DNA of 64,000 nucleotides, taken from NCBI GenBank assembly GCA_024231215.1, contig JAAEQR010000195.1, positions 433,349 to 497,348 of the forward strand. Reading direction: 5' to 3'. Within the stretch, counting starts at the first letter, position 1, and each line of letters starts with the position of its first letter. The notes beneath the pieces are model-generated. The model was not told the origin of the DNA. It did no database searches and saw only the letters and a program-made list of their open reading frames with translations. Both the position numbers and the translations under genes were made by a program. Below are positions 17,430-32,400 of the stretch, in pieces. This DNA is from PVC group bacterium. GTDB taxonomy: Bacteria > Omnitrophota > Gorgyraeia > B26-G9.

Positions 17430-20400
17430 ATGAAGAGACTAATAACGATTGGATTGATTCTGAGTATCTGGTGTTTTAGCGCAATTTTGGTGTATGCCGG
17501 AGATGGGGATTTTGCTATATACCGGGAAGCTACAGGTGGGGAAGCTTCAACCGCAACCGCTGCTGATGTTACTTGGGATACTACGGTAAGTGCTGATGCT
17601 ACTTTTTCAATTAGTGCTAACACTTCTGTGGATCTTTCTGAGGGAGGTCATTATTTTGTTATGTACAATATTGGCTGGTTGGGGTCTGGTGGAAACAGGC
17701 GTTCTGAGCAACAGATGTGGCTTAATTTAGCTGGAAGTGAAATTGTCTGGGGGCGCTCAACGGGATATATACGTCGGTCAAATGCAATGGAGGCCTGGCA
17801 ATTTGGTGCAGCGATTATTAATGCGAATGCTGGTGATGATCTAAAAATAGTTGAACAGCGTACTGATACTTATCCAACTATGGTAACAAATAGAATTGCG
17901 AATTCCAGCAGTTTAATGGTTTTAAAATTAAATGATAATTGGGATTATGCTCGGATTAGTGAAGCTGGCGGGGGGCAAGCTTTTAGTAGTACTACTGCTA
18001 CTGCTGTTACTTGGGATACCAATGATGAATTAGATACCGGCTCATTTACTCATACCGGAGATACTGATCAGATTACATTAAAAACAGCAGGACATTATCT
18101 AGTTACAGCAAATATTGAAATGCTAACTTCGGGGACATCCAGAACTGCTGGTAGTATGTATTTGTCTTTAGATGGGACTGAAATTGATGGCACAAGGACA
18201 ACAAGTTATATTAGAGGAACAGATGGTACAAATAATAACACTGCTGTTTTTTCTGGAATAATTGAGACTTCATCTGCAGACCAAGTTTTACGAGTAATGA
18301 TGTATGAGAAAACTGGATCTAATCCGACAATTGTTGCTAATAAAGCCGGTATTACTATTGTAAAATTACCAGACACTGCTGATTATGTCCGTTTAGTTAA
18401 AACTACTACTCAGGCAGTTGACGGTACCGATGACCCGATTACTTGGGATTCCCAGGTTGAGCTGGATACTGGTAGCTTTGGTAATTCTTCAAATCTAGTT
18501 ACTTTTACTCAGGATTCTGATTATCTTTTCCTGGCTACTTTTTGGGCTGATGGCACAACGAATAATAGTCGTAATTATCCTCATTGGGAGTGGCGAAAAA
18601 GCGGTACAAAAATCCAATATGGTTCGGGTGGTAAATATAGCCGTGGTACTGGCAGTGCTGAGGCCGGAAATAGTTTAGGCTTAATTGCGCATGGTATTAC
18701 TACCAGTAATAATATTGATATTGTTAACACCGATGAAACTAACAAAGATGATGCCGAAAGACTTTTTCAGGCCAATAGAATGGCTTTGCAGGCAATTAAT
18801 ATGAAAGCTTTTTTACCTCCGGTAATTACCGATGCTGCTGATGAGGTTTTTTATAATACTGAAACTTCGGTTACAATTACCGGGGACAGATTCCGGACGA
18901 CTAAGGGAACTGGAAAATTAGAACTCTGTGATTCTGCAACCTATGCTACAGCTAATAAGATCGAGCAAACTACTACAGCTTGGGGAAATACTTCGATTGA
19001 TTTCACAGTAAATCGTTCTACTTTAGCCGAAGGGACTTTGTATCTATTTATTACTAATGATGATGGTCAGATTACCGGAGGCTATTCTGTCGAAGTATAT
19101 GATTTGCCGGCTATTACAAATGTCAGCCCATCAACATTTGTGGACACTGATACGGGGATTGATATTACCGGTTCAAATTTTAATGCTGCTCAAGGATCAG
19201 GAATTGTTGAATTAGGGAATGCTGCTACATATGCAGGATCTACGACAAAAGTCAGTCAAACTGTTACTGGTTGGGCAGAAGGCTCAATTACTTTTACTGC
19301 TGTTCAAGGAGCTCTTGGTGGTGGTGATGTTTACGTTTATGTTACTGATGATTATGGACATGTTTCGAGTGGGTATCAGGTTAAGTTAGCGGCAAATCCT
19401 TTAATTACAGATATTGATGATGAAGTTTTTTATGATGGGGAAACTTCAGTTACCATAATCGGAGATGCTTTTTATGCAGCAAAAGGAACCGGTAAAGTTG
19501 AATTAGCTGACTCGGCGACTTATGCAACTGCTAACAAAGTCGAGCAAACTACTACTAGCTGGGGCAATAGTTCAATTGATTTTACAGTTAACCGCAGTAC
19601 TCTTTCTGAAGGCTCTTTATATGTTTTTGTTACTAATGATGACGCTTTGACTTCAGCCGGATATGCTGTTTATGTATATGATTTACCAAGTATATCAGGT
19701 GTTGATCCTACATCATTCATGGATAGTGATACAGGGATTGATATTAGTGGAGCTGATTTTGGCGCCTCTCAAGGTACCGGAATTTTAGAAATAGGAGATG
19801 CCGCAACTTATGCTGCATGTGTAACAAAAGTCAGTCAAACAGTTACTAGCTGGGCAGATGATACGATTACTTTTACTGCGGTGCAGGGAGCTTTAACTCC
19901 GGGTACAGTATATTTGTATGTTACGGATGATAATGGCCATGTTTCAGCTGCTCAATCAGCTACTTTAACTGTGCCGCCGCCGCCGTCTATTACTTTAGTT
20001 GACCCGGCGGGATTTACAAATAATGATCCTGGTATTGAAATCACGGGAAGTTATTTTGACGCATCTCAAGGTACGGGAAAAGTCGAATTAGGAGATGCTT
20101 CCACATATGGATCTTGTACTATTTTAGAAGAACAGACAATAACTTCCTGGGCTTCGGATACGATTACTTTTACTGCAGTAAGAGGAGCGCTTACTCCGGG
20201 CGGTGTTTATCTTTATGTTACTAATGATGATTCAGATACCTCTACCGGAACTTCAGTTAATATCGCGGCAGAACCAATTCCTGAGGGGACAAAACTGGGA
20301 GCTTATCAGGCTGCTGGAAGTGCTAGTGGTACGACTTCACGTAGTAGATATATGGCAATGACTTCTCCGGATATTGATAATATTCGAATTATTAAATTTG

Positions 20401-23400
20401 GGCATAAAAGCAATGTTGCTGGTTCAATGCGCATGGGGTTATATGTGGGTGGAGCAATTGGGAATCCGGATAATGCAACATTGGCAGCTGATTCCGGTCA
20501 AGTTACTCATGATGGGGGCGGGAGTTGGCAGGAATTTGACCTTACAACTCCTTACGATTTAGCGAAAAATACACAATACGGGGTGGCTTGGAAAACTGAC
20601 GGAGCATCTTATTATTTTGATAATACTTCATTAGGAAATTTAGAGGATTGCGATCAATACTGGGAGAATCTTACTAATGAGCCGGCTAATTCAACAAATG
20701 CTTTTCAAGGTACACTAAATGTAGCTTCTACCTATGACTATACATATTTACATTATATTGTTTATGTGCGTTATCCTACGCTTAGTTCTGTTTCCGAGAC
20801 TTATATTGATGATGGAGATCTGGCGATCCAGGTCAATGGGGTGGGTTTTGAGGATGATAATGAGTTTGGTAATAGTGCAAATAAGATTTATTTAGGTGAT
20901 GCGGCTACTTATGCGGCATGTTCGACTTTAGTTGAGCAGACATTCACAGCCTGGGCAGATGCTCAGATCACTTTTAATGTATCAAAAGGTGATTTGAGTG
21001 ATGGTACAGTTTATGTCTATGTAATAAATGATAATAGCCAGGTCAGTGATAATGGACAATCAGTTATTTTAGATGTTAATACTCCGACTAATCCGACAGC
21101 TCCGGCTTCGGGATGGGATGTTAGCGGTAAGACAAATGCTTTAACTAATAATACCTGGGGAGGTCATGCTTCGGCTTATTTTGAATGGACCGGGGCTGAT
21201 GATAGTGGAGGTAGTGGGGTTAGCGGATATTCAGTTTATTGGGGCACGGATTCCGGCGGAGAACCTGGAGTAACGCAAGATCAGGCGGGGAGCTCCTATG
21301 ATGCCGGAGCAATTTTATTCGATGGTATTTATTATTTAAGGGTAAGAACTTTTGATAATATTGGGAAATTTAGTGAGCCGATAACATTATTTACTTATAA
21401 ATATGATAAGACTGATCCAGTTAATCCAACATCTCCATCCGGGGCTTGGTATACATCTTCAAAAATAGATTCCTTAATAGATGATACTTGGCAAAATGAT
21501 GATGAAACTCCGTATTTTGAATGGTCCGGGGCAACTGATGCAACCAGCGGAGTTAGTGGATATTCAGTTTATTGGGGAACTGCAATAGATGGGGAACCTG
21601 GATTAATACAAGAACAGGTAGTTACAACTTTGGGAGAAGTTTCGGCTACTGGCGATAATACGTATTATTTAAGGATAAGAACATTTGATTTTGCGGGAAA
21701 TTATTCGGATATAGTAAACTTATTTACGTGTAAATTTGATAATACTGTTCCAGCAAATCCGACAGCTCCGGCTTTGGCTTGGGATTCCTCAGGTAAATCA
21801 ACTGGTCTTACTGATAATACTGTCCAAAACATTGATGATACTCCATATTTTGAATGGTCTGGGGCAACTGATGCAACTAGCGGAGTTAGTGGATATTCAG
21901 TTTATTGGGGCATAGCTATAGATGGCGAGCCGGAAATTACTCAGGAGCAAACTGCTATTAGTTATGATATTAGTACTCCTACCGGGGATGCTACTTATTA
22001 TTTAAGAGTGAGGACTTTTGATAATGCAACAAATTATAGTGATGCGATAACTGTCTTTACCTTTATATATGATAGCCAAAAGCCTACAGTGCTTATTGAA
22101 GTCAGTCCAGATCCAACCGGATCAATTCCTTCTGGCAGCTTAGAATTTAAATTAACTTTTTCAGAAACCATGGATATCGGAACAACTCCAACAATAACAT
22201 ATGATCCTAGCGGTGCTACCGGAGTGCAATCTGTTTCCACCGGCGGCAGTTGGTCAACTACTACTTATTCTAATGATACATATACTGTTTATAATGATAA
22301 TGCAATTACTTCTACAACTGGTGATGGAGTAGCGACAATTAGTGTTACTCAAGCCAAAGATCCAGCAGATAATACTATGGATGCAGATACTGACGATTCT
22401 TTTGATATTGATAGTGCTATGCATCATTTTAGAGTTGAGCATGATGGCTCAGGATTGATCAATGTTGCTGAACTCCTAACGATCACTGCAGTAACCCAGG
22501 GGGGGAATACTGCGATTGATTATACTGGAACAATTACTGTTAGTACTCAAGGTGAAACTGCGCAAATTAGCTGGGATGTAAATACCGGAACAAACGCTAT
22601 TAATGATGGCGGGGCGGGAAATGATTCAGCAACCTATTTATTTGATGCAGCAGATAATGGAGTAGTTGTTTTGGAGATGATCTCTACTGCTCCGGATACC
22701 TTAGATATTGAAGTAGATGATACTACTTATACCGATGATGATACCGAAGGTAATATTGTAATTTCAAGTTATGCTTTAGATCATTTTGTTATATCTCATG
22801 ATAATTCAGGAGAAGCTGGGGTTGGGGAGAATGTTACGGTTACTGCGATCAATACCGAAAGTCAAACTAAAACAGATTATGTTGGAACAATAACTTTGGA
22901 TACAACGGGAACATCCACTGCAATTGGCTGGTCATTATCATCAGGCAACGGAATATTTAATGATGGTGGTGGAGCAAGTGATACTGCAACTTATAATTTT
23001 AATATTAATGATAATGGGGTGGCGACATTTATTTTTACCGGGACAAAAGTAGAAACCTTGGATATTGATGTTGCTGATGGGGCAGAAACTGATGATGAAT
23101 CAGAGGGAACAATGGCTATAAGTCCTTCAGCGATTGATCATTTTGATATTACTCATGATAATAGTGCAGTAGCTGGGGGCGCAGAGAATGTTACGATCAC
23201 AGCAAAAGATGCTTATGAAAATATTAAAACTAATTTTACCGGGACAGTGACTTTGGATACTGATGGAGATGTTAATGCTGTTTCCTGGGCTGAGGATGCG
23301 GGTAATCAGGGGACTTTTAATGATGGTGGTTCTGGGGTTGCTTCAGCGACATATACTTTTGCCTTAGCTGATAACGGTACAGCTGATTTTACTATCACTG

Positions 23401-26400
23401 ATACAAAAACTGAAAGTATTGATATTGATGTTAGCGGATCAGGGAAATATGATAGCGACGAAGAAGGGCTTTTGCTTGTTACTCCCGGGAGTATTAATTA
23501 TTTTATTATTGTGCATGATAATAGTGCTGCGGCTGGAGTTGCCGAAGGCTTAACAGTTACTTCATATGATCAATACGATAATATTAAAACTGACTATACT
23601 GGCGAGATTACTTTAGATACTGATGGAACTGCAACTTCTATTACTTGGGCTTTAGATACTGGGAATGGAATTTTTGCTGATGGGGGTGGTTTATTAGATA
23701 CAGCAACGTATACTTATGATGCAGCTGATAGTGGTGTTGCAACTTTTACTATTACTGATACGACTCAAGAATCTTTGGATATTGATATCTCAGGCGATGC
23801 TAATGACAATGATTCTGAGGGCAATTTAATTGTTGGACTACCAGTTATTTCTTATTTTGTTGTTTTGCATGATGGAGCGGCTAATGCCGGAGTAACTGAG
23901 AATGTTACTGTAACAGCAAAAGATTCTTTAGGTGCGACAATGACATCATATGTTGGTCAGATACAGCTGGATACAAATGGAACAGCAACAACAATAGTTT
24001 GGGCTTTAGATACTGGTGATGGGACATTTAATGATGGCGGAGCAAGTGTCGATACAGCACTTTATACTTATGATGCAGCTGATAATGGAGTAGCTGTATT
24101 TTCAATAATTGATAATACGCAGGAAACAATTAATATTGCAGTAACCGGAGATGGTAAGACTGATAATAATACTGAAGGCAACTTAATTGTGGGAGTTCCT
24201 TTATTAAGTCATTTTACTATATCTCATGATGGGAATGCTGACGCCGGAGTAGATGAAAATGTTACGGTTACTGCTAAAGATACTGTTGACAGTACTAAAA
24301 CTGATTATACCGGACAAATAACCTTAGATACTAATGGTACTTCTGGAACAATAACTTGGGCTTTAGATACGGGGAATGGAACTTTTAATGATGGTGGGGC
24401 ATTAGTTGATACTGCAACATATAATTATACGGGCAGTGATAATGGGGTTGCTATTTTTACAATCAATGATACAACTGCAGAAAGTTTGGATATTGATGTT
24501 TCAAGCGGCGGTATAGTTGATGATGAGACTGAGGGGAATTTAATTGTTGCTACCGGGGCTTTAGATTACTTTTTGATTGAGCATGATAATGCTGCAGTAA
24601 TAAATATTTCTGAATTAGTTATAGTAACTCCGCGGGATAGCCAGAATAATATAATCACTGATTATACCGGACAAATAACTTTAGATACTAATACTTCCAG
24701 CCCATCCGGCATAACCTGGACATTGCTTTCTGGGAATGGTTCTTTTGTTGATGGAGGAGGTTCTGTTGATACTGCAACATATACATATGCTTTAGCTGAT
24801 TCGGGAACAGCAAGTTTTAGTATTAAGAGTTCAAGCCTTGAAACTATAAATTTAGCAGTAAGCGGGGATGGGGAGAATGATGATAATACTGAAGGAAACT
24901 TAGTTGTTGGTAATGCTGCAGAGCTAACCTGGGGTATGGTTGATGCTGTTCAGGCATATGCGACTACTACTACTAGTGGTCGTATGATCTCGGGATATTC
25001 TCCCAATATCTCTAATATGATAATAACAAAACTTGCTAGCCATCATGGATCAACCGGAAGTACCAGAATTGGATGCTGGACTGGAGGAGTTAGCGGAGAT
25101 CCTACCGGAGCAACTCTTTTAGTTCAAACCGGTAATGAAACAGTATCAAGTACAGGGTGGGCTGAACATGATGTAACAGATACTCCGTGGCCGAAAAATA
25201 CCCGGACTTGGAGCGGATATGCTTTAAGTGGAGCAGCTATTAGTTATGCTAATAATGGAGCGTATAACGAGGATTATGATGAAAGCCATGGCCGTACACA
25301 TCAACCTGCAGGATTGAGTACTAATCCGGCAACTGCACATCAGAATATTACCGGAGATGGAGCAGAAGCGGCTTTTTGGTATTATATGCATGTTATGTAT
25401 ACAATTGAGCCAGGAGTAAACGCGATAAGTAATAGTGTTATCTCTAGCAGTGTTGATGTTGGCAGCAGTGATAAAATAATTTTGGATTTATCTTTAACTA
25501 ATGATTCGGTAACAGCGGATACTATTACAGCGGTTACTATTAATAATGTAGGTACTGCATCAGATTCTGATATCTCATCAGTAAAACTCTATTATGATAG
25601 TAATAATTCCGAAGATTATTCTCCGGGAGCAGATACTCAGGTTGGTTCTGGAGTATTCTCATCCGGTACAAAAACTTTCTCCAATCTAAGTATAAATATT
25701 GATGCTAATCTGGGCACTGAGGAATTATTTGTTGTTGTAGATATTTCCAATAGTGCCACTCCAGGAAATACTATTGATGTAGCTATTCCGGCTAATGGTA
25801 TTACTTTATCTGGAACTGGAACAATAGAGGATGCAGCGCTTAATTCATCAGGAAATAGAAGTATAGTTATGTTACTGGATCATTTTACTATAAGCCATGA
25901 TACTGCTGGGTTAGCTGGTTCTGATGAAAGTATTACAATTATGGCAAAAGATTCTTATGGGAATACAAAAATTGACTATACCGGAACTATAAATATAGAT
26001 ACTACCGGAACAGCAGGCTCTATTGCTTGGGCTCTGTCCTCTGGGTCGGGAGTATTTAATGATGACGGAGCAAGTGTTGATACTTGTGATTATACTTTTA
26101 GCGGGGCGGATAATGGGGTTGTTGTTCTAAGCTTAAATGATACGATATCTGAAACCTTGAATATTTCAGTATCTGGAGACACTAAAACTGATGATAATAC
26201 TGAAGGAGATTTAGTAATTTCTCCAGCGCCAATACATCACTTTGTTATTGGTCATGATAATACGGCTGAGGCGGGGATAGGAGAAAGCATTACTGTTACG
26301 GCTAAAGATGAATTTGAAAATACCTTAGTTGATTATTCTTCTCAGATAACTTTAGATACTAATGGTTCTTTAGATAGTATTAGTTGGACTTTAAGCTCAG

Positions 26401-29400
26401 GATTTGGCAGTTTTGCGGATGGCGGAGGGAGTGTTGATACTGCTACTTATACTTTTGATGAAACCGATGACGGGGTTGCGACATTTACCATGACTGATAC
26501 AATATCTGAAACTATTAATATTTCAGTCAGTGGTGATACTAAAACCGATGATAATACCGAAGGTGATTTAGTTGTTTCTGCCGGAACAATTGATTATTTT
26601 GTTATTAGTCATGATGAGGTAGCTAATGCTGGAATTGCGGAAACAATTACCATAACTGCTAAGGATTCTTTAGGAAATACAAAAGCTGACTATATTGGAA
26701 CTATTACTATAGATACTAATGGAACTGTCAATACCATTACCTGGTCTGATCCAGGTGGGAATAATGGAGTTTTTACTGAAGGCGGAGCAAGCGTAGATAC
26801 TGCAACTTATGAATATGCAGCGGATGATAATGGAGAAGTAACTTTAAATATCACTGATACAAAAACTGAAGGCTTAGATATTTCAGTAACCGGTGACACC
26901 AAAACTGATGATGATACTGAAGGAGATTTGACGATTAATCCGGGAGTTATTGATTATTTTATTGTATCGCATGATGGTACTGCTGTTACTGGAATTTCTG
27001 AGGATCTGATTGTTACTGCATATGATGCTGAAGATAATATAAAAACTGATTATACTGGTACGATTACTTTAGATACTAATGGTACTTCTACGGCAATAAC
27101 CTGGACATTGAAAAACGGCAGTGGAACTTTGGATGATGACGGTTCAAATTATGATACTGCAGATTATACTTTTAATAGTAGTGATTTAGGGACGGCTACT
27201 TTTGGTATTATTGATTTTGCTGCAGAAACGATTAATGTTGATGTAACTGGCGATGCTAAAACGGATGATGATACTGAAGGAAACCTACAGTTTATTTCTT
27301 CGGGCATCGATCACTTCTTAATTGTTCATGATGGGGATGCGATCGCTGGTATTGCTGAAAACATAACAATATATGCAAAAGATGCTAATGAAGATACGAT
27401 CACGACTTATCAAGGGCAGATAACTATTAATACTGATGGTTCAGCAACAGGAATTGGCTGGGCATTAAACACCGGAAGCGGTTCATTTGTTGATGGAGGG
27501 GGAACTGTTGATACTGCTACTTATACATTTGATCCAACAGACAATGGCGTGGTTATTCTGGAATTAACGGATACTGTAGAAGAAACTATTGATATTTCTA
27601 TAGTGGGAGAAGGTAAAAATGATGATGATACTGAAGGAGTCTTAGAAGTTAATCCTGCGGGCATGCATCATTTTAATATAGTGCATGATGGTAATGCTCA
27701 AGCTGGAATTGCTGATTCGATAACTATTCAGGTCCATGATGCTAATCATAATACAGTAACTGATTATACTGGGGAAATCACAGTTTATACAAATGGTACA
27801 GCAACTGCGATTACTTGGGCAAAGCAAACAGGATCGGGTTCTTTTAGTGAGGGCGGACCGACGGTGGATACTGCTACATATACATTTGTATTCCAAGATA
27901 ATGGCGTTTGTGTTTTGACTCTGGCTGATACTAAGGTGGAAACATTGAATATTGGTGTTTCCGGTGGTGGAAAACTTGATGATGATACTGAAGGTGCTTT
28001 AGTAGTGGGACCCGGACTTATTGATCAATTTGTTATTACTCATGATGGCGGAGCAATAGCTGGTATTTCAGATAATGTTACTATCCGGGCAGAAGATGCA
28101 TATGCAAATTTAAAAACTGATTATACGGGAATGATTACAGTTGATACAAACGGAACAGTGGATACTATTGTTTGGGCAAAAGTAGTTGGTAATGGAACTT
28201 TCCTTGATGGCGGAGCCAGTGTAGATACTGCTACTTATACTTTTGATGCTACTGATAGTGGGCAATGTACACTTAGTGTTTCTGACACAATAGCGGAAAG
28301 TCTCAATGTATCTGTTTCTGGGGATGCTAAAGTCGATGATGATACTGAAGGTGATCTTGTTGTTACTGCGACATCATTAGACCATTTTGTGGTTAGTCAT
28401 GATAATACAGCAGAGGCGGCAGTAGCAGAAAGTATTACTATTACTGCTTATGATATCTATGAAAATGTTAAGGAAAACTATACTGGACAAATAACTGTTG
28501 ATACCAGTGGTACAGCTAATGCCATTACTTGGGGATTATCGGTGGGTAATGGAACTTTTCTTGATGGCGGAGCCAGTGTAGATACTGCTACTTATACATA
28601 TGCAGATTCTGATGATGGAGTAGTTATTTTAACTATTTCCGATACAGTTGCCCAAAGTATTGATGTTGATTGTTCCGGGGATGCTAAAACTGATGATGAT
28701 ACCGAAGGAAATTTAGTTGTCGGAGCAACAGTAATTAATTATTTTAAAGTCAATCATGATGAGTTAGCAAGTGCGGGAGTCGCAGAAAATGTAACAATAA
28801 CTGCATATGACACTTATGATAATGCTAAAACAAATTATACAGGGACAATCACAGTAGATACTGATGGTTCCGCAGATGCTATTACCTGGGCAAAAATCAC
28901 CGGAGGCGGTTCATTTGTTGATGGTGGAGGTGCTGTAGATACAGCTACATATACTTATGTGGCTGGTGATTTAGGAGTGGTTGTCTTGAGCATCACAGCT
29001 AATGCTGCGGAAAGTTTAGATATAGATATTACCGGTAGCTCTAAATCCGATGATGATACTGATAATGCTTTGGTTGTAAGTGCTTCAACTCTTGAAGATT
29101 TCCTTATAAGCCATGATGGGCAGGGGGTTGTAAATTCTGGAGAGCCGATAACTATTACTGCTCGTGATGCTTATCAAAATACAAAGTTAGATTATACAGG
29201 AGAAATTTCAGTTTCTGTTAGTGGAGAAACTGGAGAAATAACCTGGGCAGTTGCAAACGGAGCAGGTTCATTTGCCGATGGTGGTCAATATACTGATACT
29301 GCTAATTATACTTTTCATTCTAATGATGAGGGAGTAGTAATCTTAACTCTTACTGATGATGAGGCAGATACGGTTAATATTGCTGTTAGCGGTGGAGGTA

Positions 29401-32400
29401 AGGCTGATGAAAATAGTGAAGGGACTTTAAGTTTTACTTCAAGTTATATTGTTATTGATAATTTAGATTCCGGTTATACGGAAAATGCTACAGATAATGA
29501 CTGGACAACTCAAACAGCTGGAAATGAATACAGTTCAGATTGGCGACGGGATACAACTTTTAATGATGGTGACTGGGCTCGTTGGACTCCAGATATTGAC
29601 TTAAATGGTAACTATGAAGTATTTGCTTATTGGTCAAGTAATGGTGCAGCAAATGCTACGGATGCTCCATATACTATATATTATAATGGCGGCAATGATA
29701 CAGTTGATAAAAACCAGGAAGTTGCGGGAAATATGTGGAATACTTTAGGGACTTATGAATTCATTTCAGGTACTAGCGGCTATGTTCAGTTAGATGATTC
29801 AGCTAATGATGATCTAAGTGCAGATGCAATAAAATTTGAGCTTCGTGGAAGTGCTAATGCTAGTGCCAATAGTGTAACAACTGATGCGGTAGAAGCTGGA
29901 GAATCAGATATTTTGATTTTGGATTTTACAGTTACTAATAATTATACAGAAAACGATACAGTAAATTCTATTACAATGAATAATAATGGCACTGTAAGTG
30001 ACTCAGATATTATTTCTATCAAACTTTTTTATGATAGCAATAATTCATATGATTATAGTCCGGGAGTAGATAGCCAAATAGGTACAGGAACATTTTCGTC
30101 TGGCACAAAAACATTTAGCGGGTTAAATATTACTGTTCCAGGTGCTGGGACTAAGGATTTCTTTGTGGTTTTAGCAATAGATTCTGATGTTGCTCAGGAT
30201 GTAACTTTGGATGTTCAGATTCCAATAGATGGAATTACGTTGGCTAATGCTCCTGAGGTGGAGGATTCGATCATTAACTCTAGTGGAACAAGAACAGTAT
30301 CCTTGGTGCTTGATTATTTTGTAATTGCTCATGATAATGCAGCTAATGCTGGAACTTCAGAGGATATTACGGTTACTGCCAAAGACCAATATGGCAATAC
30401 AGTTACATCTTATGAAGGAACAATAACTTTAGATACCAATGGAACTGTAAATACGATCACCTGGGCTCTTGATACAGGCAATGGTTCTTTTGATGATGGC
30501 GGAGCTTTGGCGGATACTGCGACTTATACTTTTAATAATAGTGATAATGGAATAGCTGTATTTACAATTAATGATACAAAAACTGAAACAATTAATATTG
30601 CTGTTTCTGGAAGCGGAAAGAGTGATGAGAATAATGAAGGGGATTTGGTTGTATCAGCTGGAACTTTAGCTCATTTTGATGTGGATATTGACAATAGTGC
30701 TATTGTCGGTTTGGCTGACTTAGTTACAGTTACTGCTCATGATGTAAATCACAATATAATTGAAAATTATACAGGAACAATAACCCTAGATACTAATGGT
30801 ACAGAAGATACGATTACCTGGGGGCTTAATTCTGGGTTTGGAAATTTTACTGATAATGGAGTTTTAGTAGATACTGCGACTTATGAATTTGATTCTTCAG
30901 ATAATTCCACAGTTGTATTTTTAATAACTGATACTATGGCTGAAACAATTAATATTGCAGTCAGTGGAGATGGACAACAGGATTATGATGATGAAGGGAA
31001 TTTAGTTTTTCAAACAGGAAGCATTGACCATTTTCTCATTGCTCATGATGGAAGTGCCCAGGCTGGGGTAGTAGATAATATTACGATCACAGCTAAAGAT
31101 GCATATGAAAATACTTTGGTTAACTATACCGGACAAATAACAGTGGATACAGATGGTACTGCAGCGACAATCGAATGGGCAAAAGTTACCGGAAACGGCA
31201 CTTTTAATGACGGCGGGTTAAGTGTAGATACTGCTACATATACTTATAATTCTTCAGATAATGGGGTGGTTGTATTATCAATAAAAGATACAACATTAGA
31301 AAGTTTGAATATTGCTGTTTCTGGGGATGGTAAGAGTGATGATGATACTGAAGGACTGATTAGTATAGGAACTGGAGTGATTGATCATTTTGCTATAAGC
31401 CATGATGGTTTCGCGATGCAGAACCAGACTGAGGATATTACAATTAAAGCCTATGATGCTTATAATAATATAAAAACAGATTATACCGGAGAGATAACCG
31501 TAGATACTGATGGTTCGGGTGATATTACCTGGGCATTGGATACCGGTGGGGGAGTTTTTAATGACGGGGGCGGGGGAGATGATACTGCGACTTATACTTA
31601 TGTCGGGGGTGATAGTGGAGAAGTAGTTTTATCAATTACTGATTTGTCAGCGGAAATTATAAATATTTCTGTAAGCGGGGATACAAAGACAGATGATGAT
31701 AATGAAGGGGTTTTAGAAGTTGTTGCAGCTGGATTTCATCATTTCAAGATTACGCATGATGGTAATGCTGTGACTGGAGTAGCGGAACAGATTACAATTA
31801 CCGCCAAAGATGTGAGTGATGATACGGTAACAAATTATGCTGGTACAATGACCGTAGATACAAATGGAACTGCTACAGCTATAGCCTGGGGTTTAGATAC
31901 TGGTAATGGTACATTTAATGATGACGGGGCGGGAGTGGATACAGCAGATTATACGTTTAATGCATCAGATAATGGTGTAGTAATCCTGACGCTTACTGAT
32001 ACAAATCAGGAAACAATAAATATTTCTGCTTCCGGAAGCGGTAAGACGGACGATAATACAGAGGGTAGTTTAGTTATTAATCTGGCTGGTATTGATCATT
32101 TTATAATATCTCATGACGGAGCTGCATTTGCTGGTATGGCAGATGATGTTAATATTACCGCAAAAGATGCGAATAGTGCGACGGTTACTAGTTATACAGG
32201 TACGATTACTATAGACACAAGCGGGACTTCGGGAACAATCACTTGGGCACTGGTAACCGGTGATGGTTCTTTTAATGATGGAGGAGCAGCTGTAGATACG
32301 GCGGATTATACATTTGTTTCCGGAGATAATGGTGTTGTTACGCTGAGTATAAATGATACGACCGCGGAAACTCTAAATATTTCTGTGAGCGGTGATGGGA

